Shown one piece after another: positions 28,225 to 38,007 of a stretch of 64,000 bases of DNA (position 1 is its first letter; each line of letters starts with the position of its first letter). The notes beneath the pieces were generated by a model. It ran no database searches and was not told the DNA's origin. It saw only the letters and a program-made list of their open reading frames with translations. The position numbers were made by a program, and so were the translations under genes. Source of the stretch: Spirochaetia bacterium (GTDB lineage: Bacteria; Spirochaetota; Spirochaetia; SZUA-6; Bin103); NCBI GenBank assembly GCA_965203515.1, contig OZ241907.1, positions 3,936,001 through 4,000,000 on the forward strand, written 5' to 3'.

Positions 28225-28401
28225 GTCGCCAGTACTATAGCGGATCGGGCGCGGCCCCGCCGCTGCGGCCGGCGCCCCGACCGTCGACCCGGGACGGAAG
28301 CCCCAGCATGCGCGGATTGGTAAGCGAACGTAAATCGATGCGAGCCGCACCGGCCGTAGCGCGGCCCCGCGCTGGCACCGTTCTTGCTTCATCGCATCGG
28401 C

Positions 28402-29610
28402 ATGACGTTTCTCATCATCCGTGTCGCCGCCATCGCGCTGTTCGCCGCCGCTGCCACAGTCTCCCGGGCGCAGGAGCTGCAGGTCGATCTCAAGGGGACC
28501 GGCGCTCAGGTCGCCGCCGCTTCGGTCGATCTCGATCTCGACCGGGTGCGGCTGATCGCCCGCACCCATCGCAGCACGCGCCGCTCCGTCGTCGGGGTCG
28601 ATACCGAGCCGCTGACCGTGGGGCCGTTGCGGTTCGCCGGATTGGCCCGCGTCCTCACCGCCTCTCCGCTCGACCTGTATCCGTGGAGCTCCGCGCTGAC
28701 GGCCGCCGGCGGCGCGCTCCTGGACCGTGCGCGGACCCCGTCCGGCCGTTTCGGCGCATCGTTGCGCGCCGGCGACGCGCTCTACTTCTACGCGATGCGC
28801 CGCTCCGCGACGATGGGCCGGCTCGGCGCCGGCGGGCGCGTCGATCACGATGCCGGACTGTCCGCCGAGCTGGCGGCGGCCTTCACCTATCTTTCGACCG
28901 AGCCGGGCGGACCGGCCGCCGCGGCGCCTGCGCCCCGTGCGCGGATGCTCCACGCGGCCGTCCGCGTTCGCGGCGCCGGCGACCTGCTCGACGTGACCGC
29001 CGTGCCGATCGTCATGGCGGCGGACCGGCTGCCGCCGGCCGGCGCGGGCGTCGTCAGCGCCGGACTCGACTGGGGGCGGCTCGCGCTGGACGCCTCGCTG
29101 GCGTTTGCCGGCCGGCGGTACTTCACCGGCGACGCGAAGCGTGCCGCCGGGGCCAGCGCTGCGGTCCGCATGCGCGCCGTCGGCGAAGCCGGCCAATCGC
29201 TGGAGCTGCGCTCGCGGTGGCGGTACGACTCGTCGCCGGAACGGGTGCTCTCCGCCCGGCTGACGTCGGGCGCGGGCGCAGCGACCGGTTTCTTCGCCCG
29301 CGCCGAGGTGTCGCATCGCCTGACGCGCCGGTCGGACGGCGTGCGGCTGTCCGCTCGGGCGGAGGCCCGCGATCGCGGCACCCGCGGCTGGCTGTCCGGA
29401 TCGGTGAGCGCGACCGGCGGCCGGACGACCCACCGCATCGAGGTGGGGGCGCGGCTGCAGGCGGCGCCGGACCTGCGGCTCACCGTCGCCGCGGGATGGG
29501 CGGGGGAGTGGAACGCGCGGGTGGAGTGGGTGCTGCAGGCAGCCGGGCACGAGGTCGAGTTCGACGTGGACCACGACAACGACTGGGGGATCGGCCTGCG
29601 GCTGCGATGA
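28402..29610 (+). CDS. Hypothetical exported, possibly beta-barrel protein
   Basis: Signal-peptide-like N-terminus, many amphipathic beta-strand-like segments, and a C-terminus ending WGIGLRLR. Confidence 0.55.
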   Translation: MTFLIIRVAAIALFAAAATVSRAQELQVDLKGTGAQVAAASVDLDLDRVRLIARTHRSTRRSVVGVDTEPLTVGPLRFAGLARVLTASPLDLYPWSSALTAAGGALLDRARTPSGRFGASLRAGDALYFYAMRRSATMGRLGAGGRVDHDAGLSAELAAAFTYLSTEPGGPAAAAPAPRARMLHAAVRVRGAGDLLDVTAVPIVMAADRLPPAGAGVVSAGLDWGRLALDASLAFAGRRYFTGDAKRAAGASAAVRMRAVGEAGQSLELRSRWRYDSSPERVLSARLTSGAGAATGFFARAEVSHRLTRRSDGVRLSARAEARDRGTRGWLSGSVSATGGRTTHRIEVGARLQAAPDLRLTVAAGWAGEWNARVEWVLQAAGHEVEFDVDHDNDWGIGLRLR

Positions 29611-29651
29611 CGATCGGCCTGCGGCTGATGACGATCGGCCTGCGGCTGATG
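29589..29651. repeat. 21-bp tandem repeat (ATGACGATCGGCCTGCGGCTG) spanning a stop codon
   Basis: Core GATCGGCCTGCGGCTG at 29589, 29612 and 29633. Confidence 0.9.
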
Positions 29652-29687
29652 GGGCGCGCCGATTGCCGGAACCGCCTGCGGTGCTCT

Positions 29688-31139
29688 ATGATCGGGGGAA
29701 TCGAAGACAACGCTCTTTTTCTCCACAACACCCTGACCGGCAGGGTGGAGCCGTTCGTGCCGCTGGTGGACGGGCACGCCGGCATGTACTGCTGCGGACC
29801 GACCGTCTATCTCGACCAGCATCTCGGCAACCTGCGCACCTACCTGTTCGAGGACGTGCTGCGGCGCACCCTGGAGGACTGCGGCTACCGGGTCCGCCAC
29901 GTCATGAACGTCACCGACGTGGGCCATCTCACCGACGACGGCGACGAGGGCGAGGACAAGATGATCAGGAGCGCCCGCGCCTCCGGCTTCTCGGTCGAGC
30001 AGATCGCCGAGCACTACACCGGGCAGTTCTTCCGGGACTGCCAAGCGTTGCGGATCACCGCGCCCACGGTCGTGTGCAAGGCGACCGAGCACATCCCGGA
30101 CATGATCGCGCTGATCGAACGACTGGCCGAGCGCGGCCACACCTACCGCGCCGGCGGCAACGTCTTCTACGACATCTCCACGTTCCCCCCGTACGGCCGG
30201 ATGGCGCGCCTCGACCTGGATGAGCTGCAGGCCGGGGCGCGCATCCAGGTCGACGTACGGAAGCGCAGCCCGCACGACTTCGGCCTGTGGTTCACCAATT
30301 CGAAGTTCGAACGGCAGGCCATGCTGTGGGACTCGCCCTGGGGGCGCGGCTACCCCGGATGGCACATCGAGTGCAGCGCGATGTCGATGCGCTACCTGGG
30401 CGAGCGCTTCGACATCCACTGCGGGGGCGTCGATCACATCCCCGTGCATCACACCAATGAAATCGCGCAGTCGGACGGAGCGACCGGGCAACCGTGCGTG
30501 CGCTACTGGGTGCACGGCGAGTTCCTGGTGATCGACGGGGCGCGCATGGCCAAGTCGGGCGGCAACCTGGCCACCCTGTCGCAGCTGGTCGAGCGCGGCT
30601 TCGATCCGCTCGATTACCGCTACTTCTGTCTGGGAGCTCACTACCGGGACCAGCACACCTTCTCCGAACGAGGTATGGCGGCCGCCCGCAGCGCCCGCCG
30701 CCGCCTGCTCGACCGCATCGCCGAGCTGGCCGAGCTGGCCGCCGGCGCGGAGCCGCCGGGCGCCGAAGAGCTGGCCGAGGAGGCGTGGCGGGACTTCCGC
30801 CGCCATGCCCGGGACGACCTGCACATGCCGCGCTGTCTGGCGGTGCTGTGGGGCCTGGTGAAGGACCCGCGCGTGGGGGCGGCCGCCAAGCTCGACGTGC
30901 TGCGGCGCATGGACCGCATCCTGGCCGTCGGCATCGAAGAGGCCGGTGCGCGCCGCGCGGAGCTGGCCCCGGAGCTGCGCGCGCTGATCGAGCGCCGCTC
31001 GGCCGCGCGCGCCGAGCGGGACTTCGCGACCGCCGACCGGATTCGCGCTGAGCTTGCCACGCGCGGCATACTGCTCGAAGATCGGCCCGAAGGGGTGCGA
31101 TGGCGCTTCATCGAAGGGGAGCGCTCACCGAAGTTGTAA
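29688..31139 (+). CDS. cysS: Cysteine--tRNA ligase
   Basis: YCCGPTVY, HLGN (HIGH), PGWHIECSAM, DIHCGGVDH, HHTNE, RMAKS (KMSKS) and ADRIRAEL motifs. Confidence 0.96.
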   Translation: MIGGIEDNALFLHNTLTGRVEPFVPLVDGHAGMYCCGPTVYLDQHLGNLRTYLFEDVLRRTLEDCGYRVRHVMNVTDVGHLTDDGDEGEDKMIRSARASGFSVEQIAEHYTGQFFRDCQALRITAPTVVCKATEHIPDMIALIERLAERGHTYRAGGNVFYDISTFPPYGRMARLDLDELQAGARIQVDVRKRSPHDFGLWFTNSKFERQAMLWDSPWGRGYPGWHIECSAMSMRYLGERFDIHCGGVDHIPVHHTNEIAQSDGATGQPCVRYWVHGEFLVIDGARMAKSGGNLATLSQLVERGFDPLDYRYFCLGAHYRDQHTFSERGMAAARSARRRLLDRIAELAELAAGAEPPGAEELAEEAWRDFRRHARDDLHMPRCLAVLWGLVKDPRVGAAAKLDVLRRMDRILAVGIEEAGARRAELAPELRALIERRSAARAERDFATADRIRAELATRGILLEDRPEGVRWRFIEGERSPKL

Positions 31140-31152
31140 CCAGGGTACGTCG

Positions 31153-31686
31153 ATGTTGTTGTCTAACGATGGAGCGCGCCGCGAATTTGACCGCATCTAC
31201 CGAAGCCTCTTCCCGACCCTGTTCCGGGTGGCGTACCGCATCTGCCTCGACCAGGGGCTGGCGGAGGACATCTGTCAGGAAGCGTTCATGCGCTACCTGC
31301 GCCGCCCCGCCGCACTGCCCGACCTCGACCAGACGAAGTTCTGGCTGTTGCGCGTGGTGCGCAACCTTTCGCTCAACGTGGAGAAGCGCAGGAAGCGCGA
31401 GCTCCGCGCCAACCGCGACGTCACGCGCGCGCCGCGCTGGACGCGGGACGAGACCGCCGAAGACGACGTGCTGCGCTCGGAGACCCGGTCCGCGGTGCAG
31501 TCCGCGCTGGGCAGCCTGCCCATCAACCTGCGGACCGCGCTCGTGATGCGCGAGTACGGCGGTCTGAGCTACCGCGAGATCGCGGCCGTGTTGCGCATCA
31601 GCGAAAGCAACGTAAAGGTGCGGGTGTTCCGCGCCCGCCAGCGCCTGGGGAAGGTCCTCGATCCGAGCAGCCTGCATGTGTCCTGA
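31153..31686 (+). CDS. ECF RNA polymerase sigma factor
   Basis: Region 2 AEDICQEAF...WLLRVVRN and region 4 GLSYREIAAVL...VKVRVFRAR. Confidence 0.92.
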   Translation: MLLSNDGARREFDRIYRSLFPTLFRVAYRICLDQGLAEDICQEAFMRYLRRPAALPDLDQTKFWLLRVVRNLSLNVEKRRKRELRANRDVTRAPRWTRDETAEDDVLRSETRSAVQSALGSLPINLRTALVMREYGGLSYREIAAVLRISESNVKVRVFRARQRLGKVLDPSSLHVS

Positions 31687-32299
31687 CGACCCGGTCCTGT
31701 CGAGCTACCTCGACCACGAGCTTGCGCCTGGCGTCTCCGAGGAGGTGGAGGCCCATCTGGCCGATTGCGACCACTGCCGCAACCGCCTGCGGCGCTACCA
31801 GTCGGTGGCGCATGGTCTGCTGGAGTGCGAAGAACCCGACGTGGAAGAGGCCGGGATGCGTATCTGGCAGCGGATCGACGCGCTGGCGCCGGTCGCTGCC
31901 CGGCCGCGCCGCGTGTCGCTGCGGATGCCGGTCGCGGCGGCGTCCATGGCGGCGGCGATCGCCATCGTGTTCACCGTGGCGCTCGGCGATCGCCCGGCGG
32001 CGGGCCTGTTGGGGCGGCTCCCGGAGTTGAGCCGGAACTCCGGTGCGCCCGGCGACCCGGCGCCGCAGTTCGCCGGCGCGGACCGGTCGGCGGTGCTGGA
32101 ATTGGCGCTTCCCGACGCGGGCCAGTTCCAACTCTTCAGTGCGCCGGCCATCCTGCATGAAATCGAGTTGCAGCCGCCCGCGGCGGCGGCGCTCGGCGAC
32201 CCCGTGACGATGGAGGTACAACTTCCTCCCGCCCGCTATCGGCTGGTCGGGATGCCCGTCATAGTCCATGAAGCCGAGCTTGAGACCCCGAATCGGTAG
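31676..32299 (+). CDS. Zinc-binding (zf-HC2/ZAS) anti-sigma factor
   Basis: LSSYLDHEL...HLADCDHC (HxxxCxxC) followed by one TM, directly after the sigma gene. Confidence 0.85.
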   Translation: MCPDDPVLSSYLDHELAPGVSEEVEAHLADCDHCRNRLRRYQSVAHGLLECEEPDVEEAGMRIWQRIDALAPVAARPRRVSLRMPVAAASMAAAIAIVFTVALGDRPAAGLLGRLPELSRNSGAPGDPAPQFAGADRSAVLELALPDAGQFQLFSAPAILHEIELQPPAAAALGDPVTMEVQLPPARYRLVGMPVIVHEAELETPNR

Positions 32300-32867
32300 G
32301 CTTCGGGCCGTCCCGCTCGCTGCGGCGCTGCTGGCCCTGACCGCCGGCGGCGTTCCGCTCGGCGCGGAAGCCGACCGGCCGTTGGAGATACGCCTGTCGA
32401 TCAACGTGGTCACGCAGGACGGCCACATCTTGATGAAGCTCGACCAGTTGCAGCCGACCGTGGCCGGCCGGGGGGTCGGCGTGAAGCTGGAGCAGGCCGA
32501 CCAGTTGCGGATAGAGGCGCTGTTCACGCCGGTTTGGAGCGCCGAGACCGAGCTGACGCTGCATGCCCAGGGGCGTATCTGGGTCAGCGATCAGCACGGA
32601 GGGTATGGAGAAGCCCCGGTAGCCAGCACCTATCGGGCCATGCCGGTGGCGCTCGGTGACACGGTATTGTTCTTTCCGCTCGGCGGCGAGCGCGCACTGC
32701 AGGGGAGCACCGAACGGTTCCACTTCCAGAGCGACGCGCTGCCGGTCGAGCCGCCCGAGCGCGATGCGGCGGACGACGGACCGGTGACGGTGCTCATCGT
32801 GATGGCGGTGCAGGTGGTCGTCCCGGAGCGGACCGAAGCGGCGGAACGGCAGAACGACCTCTTCTGA
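32268..32867 (+). CDS. Hypothetical exported protein
   Basis: Signal-peptide-like N-terminus, in the same operon as the sigma/anti-sigma pair. Confidence 0.6.
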   Translation: MKPSLRPRIGRLRAVPLAAALLALTAGGVPLGAEADRPLEIRLSINVVTQDGHILMKLDQLQPTVAGRGVGVKLEQADQLRIEALFTPVWSAETELTLHAQGRIWVSDQHGGYGEAPVASTYRAMPVALGDTVLFFPLGGERALQGSTERFHFQSDALPVEPPERDAADDGPVTVLIVMAVQVVVPERTEAAERQNDLF

Positions 32868-32877
32868 ACGCCGCGCC

Positions 32878-34530
32878 GTGAGCGGCCGGCGGCCGAGCGC
32901 CGGTGTCGCCCGCGCGGTGGCGGCGCTGATCCTGGTCGTGGCGGCGCTGTTTGCCATCTCCACGATGGCGGCGGCGCCGCCGCGGCTGTATGAAGCCGCG
33001 CCGCGGGTGACGGCGCCCGGGCGGGTCCTCACCCTGCACGGCCGCTTCTTCGGCGCCGAACGGGGCACCGGCGCGGTGACGTTCTCCGGCCGGGAGCCGC
33101 GCACCGGCGCCTACCGCTCCTGGTCGGACGAGCGCATCGTGGTGGTCGTACCGGCGTCGTTCGAAAGCGGTCTGGTACGCGTGGTCACCCGTGCGGGCGC
33201 CAGCGACGGGCTCCTGCTCACCTACCGCGGCGACCTGCCGAAGCCGGTCGCCGGTGAGCGGCCGCCCGGCGGCCCGCCGGTCGTCACCTCGGTGCGCCCG
33301 GCGGCGGCCGCCGTCGGTGAGCCGATCACGATCAGCGGCGCCGGCTTCGGCGCCCCGGCGGCCGGCGCCCCGCCAGCCGGCGCCGCGGTGCGGTTCGCGG
33401 CCGCCGCCGGTCCCGGCCCGGTGGTGGAGTCCTCCGACGTCGATCTGGATCACGTCCGCTGGAGCGACCGGCGGATCGTCGTGCGCGTGCCGGCCGGCGC
33501 CCGGTCGGGCACGGTATCGGTCCGCACCTCCGCCGGCGTAAGCGCCGCTCGTGACTTCCGGGTCCGCACCGAGGTGGGGACGATCCGCTATCGCGATCCC
33601 CGCGGCTACGCGGTGACCCATGCGGTGACCGTCGATGGGGTGAGCGCCGCCGGCGGCAACGATCTCTACCTGTGGATTCCCGCGATCCCGGCGACGCCGG
33701 CGCAGCGGCACGAGGCCGAGCCGGCCGCGAACGCGCGGCCGATCCTGCGCGATCCGGCGGGCGTCGGGCTGTTCCGCCTTCACGATCTGGCGGCGGGCGG
33801 CAGCCGTGAGGTGCGGCTCCGCTACCGGCTGCGCCGCTATGCGATCGAGACCGGTATCGAGCCGGCGAACGTGCGCGCGTACCGCACCGGCGACCGGTTC
33901 TACGTCCGCTTCACCGGCGGCGACGCGCTGGTCCCGTCCGGGGACCCCTTGCCGGCCGTCGCCGAGCGGGCCGTACGCGGCTACGTGAATCCCCTGTGGC
34001 GGGCGCGGATGATATTCCAGTACGTGGTCGCTCGACTGCGGCCGGCCGACGAAGGCGGCGCGCGCACCGCCTTCGTCGGCGCGGAGCCGATGGAGGTGGT
34101 GCTGGCGGCGATCGACCGGCGTTACGCCGCGCCGTACGAGTACGCGGTCACGTTCAGCGCCGTCGCCCGCGCCGCCGGCATTCCGGCGCGGCCGGTGGCG
34201 GGATACCTGATCGGCGACGACGGGCGCGCGGAGCCGCACTACTGGGCGGAGTTCTACCTGCAGGACTTCGGCTGGGTGCCGGTGGATCCGGCGGCCGGCG
34301 ACGGCGCCGCCCCGCTGCCGGCGGCCGGCGGCGCCGCCGACTTCTTCGGCAACCTGGACAGCCGCAGGATCGTCCTGGCCAAGGGGGTGGCCGACCCGCC
34401 GGCGATCGCGCGCGGCCGGCGCGTGCGGCGCGCGCAGGTCACCGGGCTGCAGACCGCGCACGAGGACGCGGTGGGCGCCCTGAACGGGTACCGCGCGCGC
34501 TGGCAGCTGACCGTCACCGAGCGGTTCTGA
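32878..34530 (+). CDS. IPT/TIG-domain transglutaminase-like protein
   Basis: Two IPT/TIG-like repeats (WSDERIVVVVP, WSDRRIVVRVP) and ARAAGIPARPVAGY...HYWAEFY...GWVPVDP. Confidence 0.85.
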   Translation: MSGRRPSAGVARAVAALILVVAALFAISTMAAAPPRLYEAAPRVTAPGRVLTLHGRFFGAERGTGAVTFSGREPRTGAYRSWSDERIVVVVPASFESGLVRVVTRAGASDGLLLTYRGDLPKPVAGERPPGGPPVVTSVRPAAAAVGEPITISGAGFGAPAAGAPPAGAAVRFAAAAGPGPVVESSDVDLDHVRWSDRRIVVRVPAGARSGTVSVRTSAGVSAARDFRVRTEVGTIRYRDPRGYAVTHAVTVDGVSAAGGNDLYLWIPAIPATPAQRHEAEPAANARPILRDPAGVGLFRLHDLAAGGSREVRLRYRLRRYAIETGIEPANVRAYRTGDRFYVRFTGGDALVPSGDPLPAVAERAVRGYVNPLWRARMIFQYVVARLRPADEGGARTAFVGAEPMEVVLAAIDRRYAAPYEYAVTFSAVARAAGIPARPVAGYLIGDDGRAEPHYWAEFYLQDFGWVPVDPAAGDGAAPLPAAGGAADFFGNLDSRRIVLAKGVADPPAIARGRRVRRAQVTGLQTAHEDAVGALNGYRARWQLTVTERF

Positions 34531-34561
34531 CGGCCGGATGATCTACGTCTCCGGTACGGTA

Positions 34562-34633
34562 AGGCGCCGACCGGAATCGAACCGGTGCATAAAGGTTTTG
34601 CAGACCTCTCCCTTACCTCTTGGGTACGGCGCC
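34562..34633 (-). tRNA. tRNA-Cys (GCA)
   Basis: GGCGCCGTACCCAAGAGGTAAGGGAGAGGTCTGCAAAACCTTTATGCACCGGTTCGATTCCGGTCGGCGCCT folds as a cloverleaf with anticodon GCA and U discriminator. CCA is not encoded. Confidence 0.96.
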
Positions 34634-34739
34634 GCGTCGCGCGCCATGGTGCGCGCCGGACGGCGGGGTGTCGATCCCCCGCGACCGATACCATAGCATG
34701 CCGTGTCCGACCATATCGTGTCCCGACCTGCGGTGCCGC

Positions 34740-36785
34740 TCAGCGCTCGGCGCACGCGGCGCGCAGCTCGCGGCGCATCACCTTGTTGGATGCGGTGCGC
34801 GGCAGGGCGTCGACCAGGCGCACCTCCGCGATCTTGAACAGCGGGTTGAGCCGTTCGGCGAGGGCGCGCTGCAATGCCGGGAGCGGATCGGGCATCGGCC
34901 CCGCCGACCCCGCGAAGGCCGACCCCGCGAAGGCCGGCACCGCGAAGACCACCAGCCGGTCCGGGCCGCCGTGCCGGTCGGCGACCGCCACGGCCGCGCA
35001 TTCGCCGATTCCGTCCACGCCGGACAGGGCGCGCTCGATCTCGGCGGCGGATACCTTGATCCCGGAAAGGTTCATCGTGTCGTCGACCCGCCCCAACGCC
35101 CGGTAGTAGCCGCCGGGCAGCCGCTGCACGTGGTCGCCGTGGCGGCGCAACGGCCGTCCGCCGACGGACGGCGTTCCGGCCAGATAGACCCGGTCATGGT
35201 CCTGGTTGAGCAACTCGGTCGACAGGCCGACCGACGGCGGGACCAGGAACAGCTCGCCGTCGTCGGCCGGTCGGCCCTGCTCGTCGCGGATCGTCACGTC
35301 CAGTCCGAACGCCGGCGTCGTGAAGGTCGCCGGGGCCGCCGGCTGATCCATGGTCGCGGAGAGATAGCCGCCGCCGATCTCGGTGCCGCCGCAGTACTCG
35401 ATGACCGGGCGGTAGCCGGCCAGCCCCATCAGGTAGAGTTGGTCGTCGGGGTCGGAACATTCGCCGGTCGAGCTGAAGCGGCGTATGCGGCTCCAATCGA
35501 TGCCCTCCATGCAGCGGGAGCGGCGCCAGATGCGGACCAGCGTCGGCACCAGGCCCAGCATGGTGACGCCGGCGTCGCGCACGAACCGGCCAAAGTCCGA
35601 ACCCTTCGGGCCGGGGTAGTACAAGGCGAGGGTGGCTCGGTTGAGGAGCGCCGCGTAGATCAGCCACGGCCCCATCATCCATCCCAGGCTGGTGGGCCAC
35701 GCCAGCACGTCGTCCGGCCGGACGTCCTGCAGCAGCAGGGCGTCCGCCGCGCACTTGATCGGCGTCAGGTGCGTCCAGGGGATCGCCTTGGGATCGCCGG
35801 TGGTGCCGGACGAGAACAGGATGTTGGTGTGGGCTCCGGCCGGACGGATGACCGCTCCCGCCGGGTCGGCTGCCGCGACCTGCTGCCAGGGCGTATCGGC
35901 GCCGCGCGGCCGGCGGCCGTCGGGAAGCTCGCCGATCACGATCGCCGCCAGATCGGGAGCGGCGTCCAGCAGCCGCTCGTAGGTGGCCGTGCCGACGATC
36001 GCCAGCGACGCTCCGGTGATGCGCAAGCGGACCGCCACCTGCGGGGCGGCAAAGCTGTCGGCGATCGAGACCGCCGCGCAGCCGGCCAGGATCACGCCCA
36101 GGTAGGCGGCGACCGCCTCTACCGTCATCGGCAGGTACAGCGCCACGCGCGTCCCCGGCCGCAGACCGCGCGCCCGGCAGTGGCCCGCCACGGCGTGCGC
36201 CAGCCGCGCCAGCTCGGCGCCGCTCACCGCGGCGAGCGGCCCGTCTTCACGGGCGCGATAGACGACCGCCGGCCGGTCGCCCCCGCGCAGGCAGTGCTCG
36301 GCGATGTTCAGCCGCGCCTCGGGAAACCAGCGCCCGTCGCGAAGCGGCGGCCCCGGATTCCCCCGGAAGTCGATACCGAGCCGCTCGCACGTGATCTGCC
36401 AGAAGGCGGCGCGGTGCTCGATCGACCAGCGGTGCAGCGCCGCTACGCCGTCGACGCCCACGGCCCGCGCCAGCCGCCGCACGTTGCTGTCGCCCGGCTC
36501 CCCGGCCGGCCGCTCCATCGCCGGCAACCACGCCGGCGGCGGCGGCAGCTCCGGGGCGCGGCCGGCGTACGCCGCCGCGAAGCAGAGTCGATGCACCGCG
36601 AACGGAATGCGGGTGAACGGCAGCGGCTCGCGCAGCGCCTCACGCACCATCCGCTGCCAGCGCCGCTCTCCGGTCGGCTCGGTCAGGCAGCGATCGATGC
36701 GCTCTGCCAACGCGGCGGCGCCGGCCGCTCCGAGCGGCTCCGGCGCCGCCAGAATCGAGGCCCGCAGCCCCGTATGCGCCTCCAT
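34740..36785 (-). CDS. AMP-forming acyl-CoA synthetase
   Basis: FSSGTTGDPK, YCGGTE, RRHGD, GRVDDTMNLSGIKV and LPRTASNKV motifs. Confidence 0.92.
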   Translation of the reverse strand: MEAHTGLRASILAAPEPLGAAGAAALAERIDRCLTEPTGERRWQRMVREALREPLPFTRIPFAVHRLCFAAAYAGRAPELPPPPAWLPAMERPAGEPGDSNVRRLARAVGVDGVAALHRWSIEHRAAFWQITCERLGIDFRGNPGPPLRDGRWFPEARLNIAEHCLRGGDRPAVVYRAREDGPLAAVSGAELARLAHAVAGHCRARGLRPGTRVALYLPMTVEAVAAYLGVILAGCAAVSIADSFAAPQVAVRLRITGASLAIVGTATYERLLDAAPDLAAIVIGELPDGRRPRGADTPWQQVAAADPAGAVIRPAGAHTNILFSSGTTGDPKAIPWTHLTPIKCAADALLLQDVRPDDVLAWPTSLGWMMGPWLIYAALLNRATLALYYPGPKGSDFGRFVRDAGVTMLGLVPTLVRIWRRSRCMEGIDWSRIRRFSSTGECSDPDDQLYLMGLAGYRPVIEYCGGTEIGGGYLSATMDQPAAPATFTTPAFGLDVTIRDEQGRPADDGELFLVPPSVGLSTELLNQDHDRVYLAGTPSVGGRPLRRHGDHVQRLPGGYYRALGRVDDTMNLSGIKVSAAEIERALSGVDGIGECAAVAVADRHGGPDRLVVFAVPAFAGSAFAGSAGPMPDPLPALQRALAERLNPLFKIAEVRLVDALPRTASNKVMRRELRAACAER
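34903..34947. repeat. 15-bp tandem repeat x3 (two exact, one degenerate) within the acyl-CoA synthetase
   Basis: GCCGACCCCGCGAAG at 34903 and 34918, with a variant at 34933. Confidence 0.8.
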
Positions 36786-36902
36786 TCCCAGACGCTGGAG
36801 TCTGTCCCACCGCCGGTCGCGCGGCAAGCCGCATACCCCCGGCCGCGCGCCGGTCGCGCGCCGGTTGCGTGCGGCCCCGCACGGCGGTACCCTGTTCGGT
36901 GC

Positions 36903-38006
36903 ATGGCACGAGGGCGAGCCGTGACGCCGGCCGGCCGGACCATGGTGCAGCGCCTGAGCCCCGACGGGGCGCTGGCTGCCGACTGCCGGGACGAACCCGG
37001 CATGACCGACCGGCAACTGCTGTACGCGTTCGGCGTGATGATCCAGTCGCGCGCCATCGACGAGTGGGCGGTCAGCCTGACCCGGCAGGGCCGGCTGCTG
37101 CCCTATCCGCCCGCCGTCGGCCAGGAGGCCAACAGCGTCGGCGGCGCCATGGCGTTGCGCGAAGATGACTGGATCGTGCACGCGTACCGCGAGCTGGGCG
37201 CGTTGCTGGTGCGCGGCCTGCCGATCACCGCGCACTTCCAGTACTGGTACGGCGTGGAGGACGGCAGCCGGCTCGACATCGACCGCTACCATCTGGCGCC
37301 GGTGTCGATCCCGATCGGCTCGCAACTCCCGCACGCGATCGGGCTGGCGTTCGCGGAGCGTCATCAGGGACGCGACCGCGTGGTGCTCTGCTACTGCGGG
37401 GACGGCGCCACCTCGCAGGGGGACTTTCACGAGTCGCTCACCTTCGCCGGCGTCTGGAAGACCCCGACGGTGTTCTACGTCCAGAACAACCAGTACGCGC
37501 TGTCGACGCCGCGGGACGCCCAGTGCGCTGCGCCTTCGCTGGCGGCCAAGGCCGACGGCTACGGCTTTCCCGGCGTGCAGGTCGACGGCAACGACGTCAC
37601 CGCCGTCCATCAGGTGGTGCGCGAAGCGGTGCGCCGGGCACGGGCCGGCGGCGGGCCGACGTTGATCGAGGGCATCACCTATCGGGTAGGCGCGCACACC
37701 ACCACCGACGATCCGACCCGCTACCGCACCCGCGAGGAGGAACGCGCGTGGGAGCGGCACGATCCGATCAGGCGGTTGCAGCGGCTCCTGACCGATCGGG
37801 GGCTGCTCACGGAGGCGGACACCCGGTCGCTGGTGGCTGAGGCGCGGATCAAGGCGCGGCAGGCGTTCGAAGAGGTGGAGTCGGCGTCCGACCCGGAGCT
37901 GGAGGCCGGCTTCCGTCACACCTTCGCGGAGCCGCCGCCGCTCCTTCGGGATCAGCTTGCGCGGCTGCGCGAGCTGCGCGGCGATCGGGCGCGGGACGAC
38001 CGTTGA
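36903..38006 (+). CDS. pdhA: 2-oxoacid (pyruvate-type) dehydrogenase E1 alpha
   Basis: GQEA, YRE, TPP motif GDGATSQGDF...QNNQY and HTTTDDPTRYR. Substrate specificity is not certain. Confidence 0.88.
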   Translation: MARGRAVTPAGRTMVQRLSPDGALAADCRDEPGMTDRQLLYAFGVMIQSRAIDEWAVSLTRQGRLLPYPPAVGQEANSVGGAMALREDDWIVHAYRELGALLVRGLPITAHFQYWYGVEDGSRLDIDRYHLAPVSIPIGSQLPHAIGLAFAERHQGRDRVVLCYCGDGATSQGDFHESLTFAGVWKTPTVFYVQNNQYALSTPRDAQCAAPSLAAKADGYGFPGVQVDGNDVTAVHQVVREAVRRARAGGGPTLIEGITYRVGAHTTTDDPTRYRTREEERAWERHDPIRRLQRLLTDRGLLTEADTRSLVAEARIKARQAFEEVESASDPELEAGFRHTFAEPPPLLRDQLARLRELRGDRARDDR

Positions 38007-38007
38007 G

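Noticed and set aside
31135..31166. TGTAACC...GTCTAA as an ECF autoregulatory promoter
   Set aside because: The spacer looks too long, and the -10 element would fall inside the sigma coding sequence.
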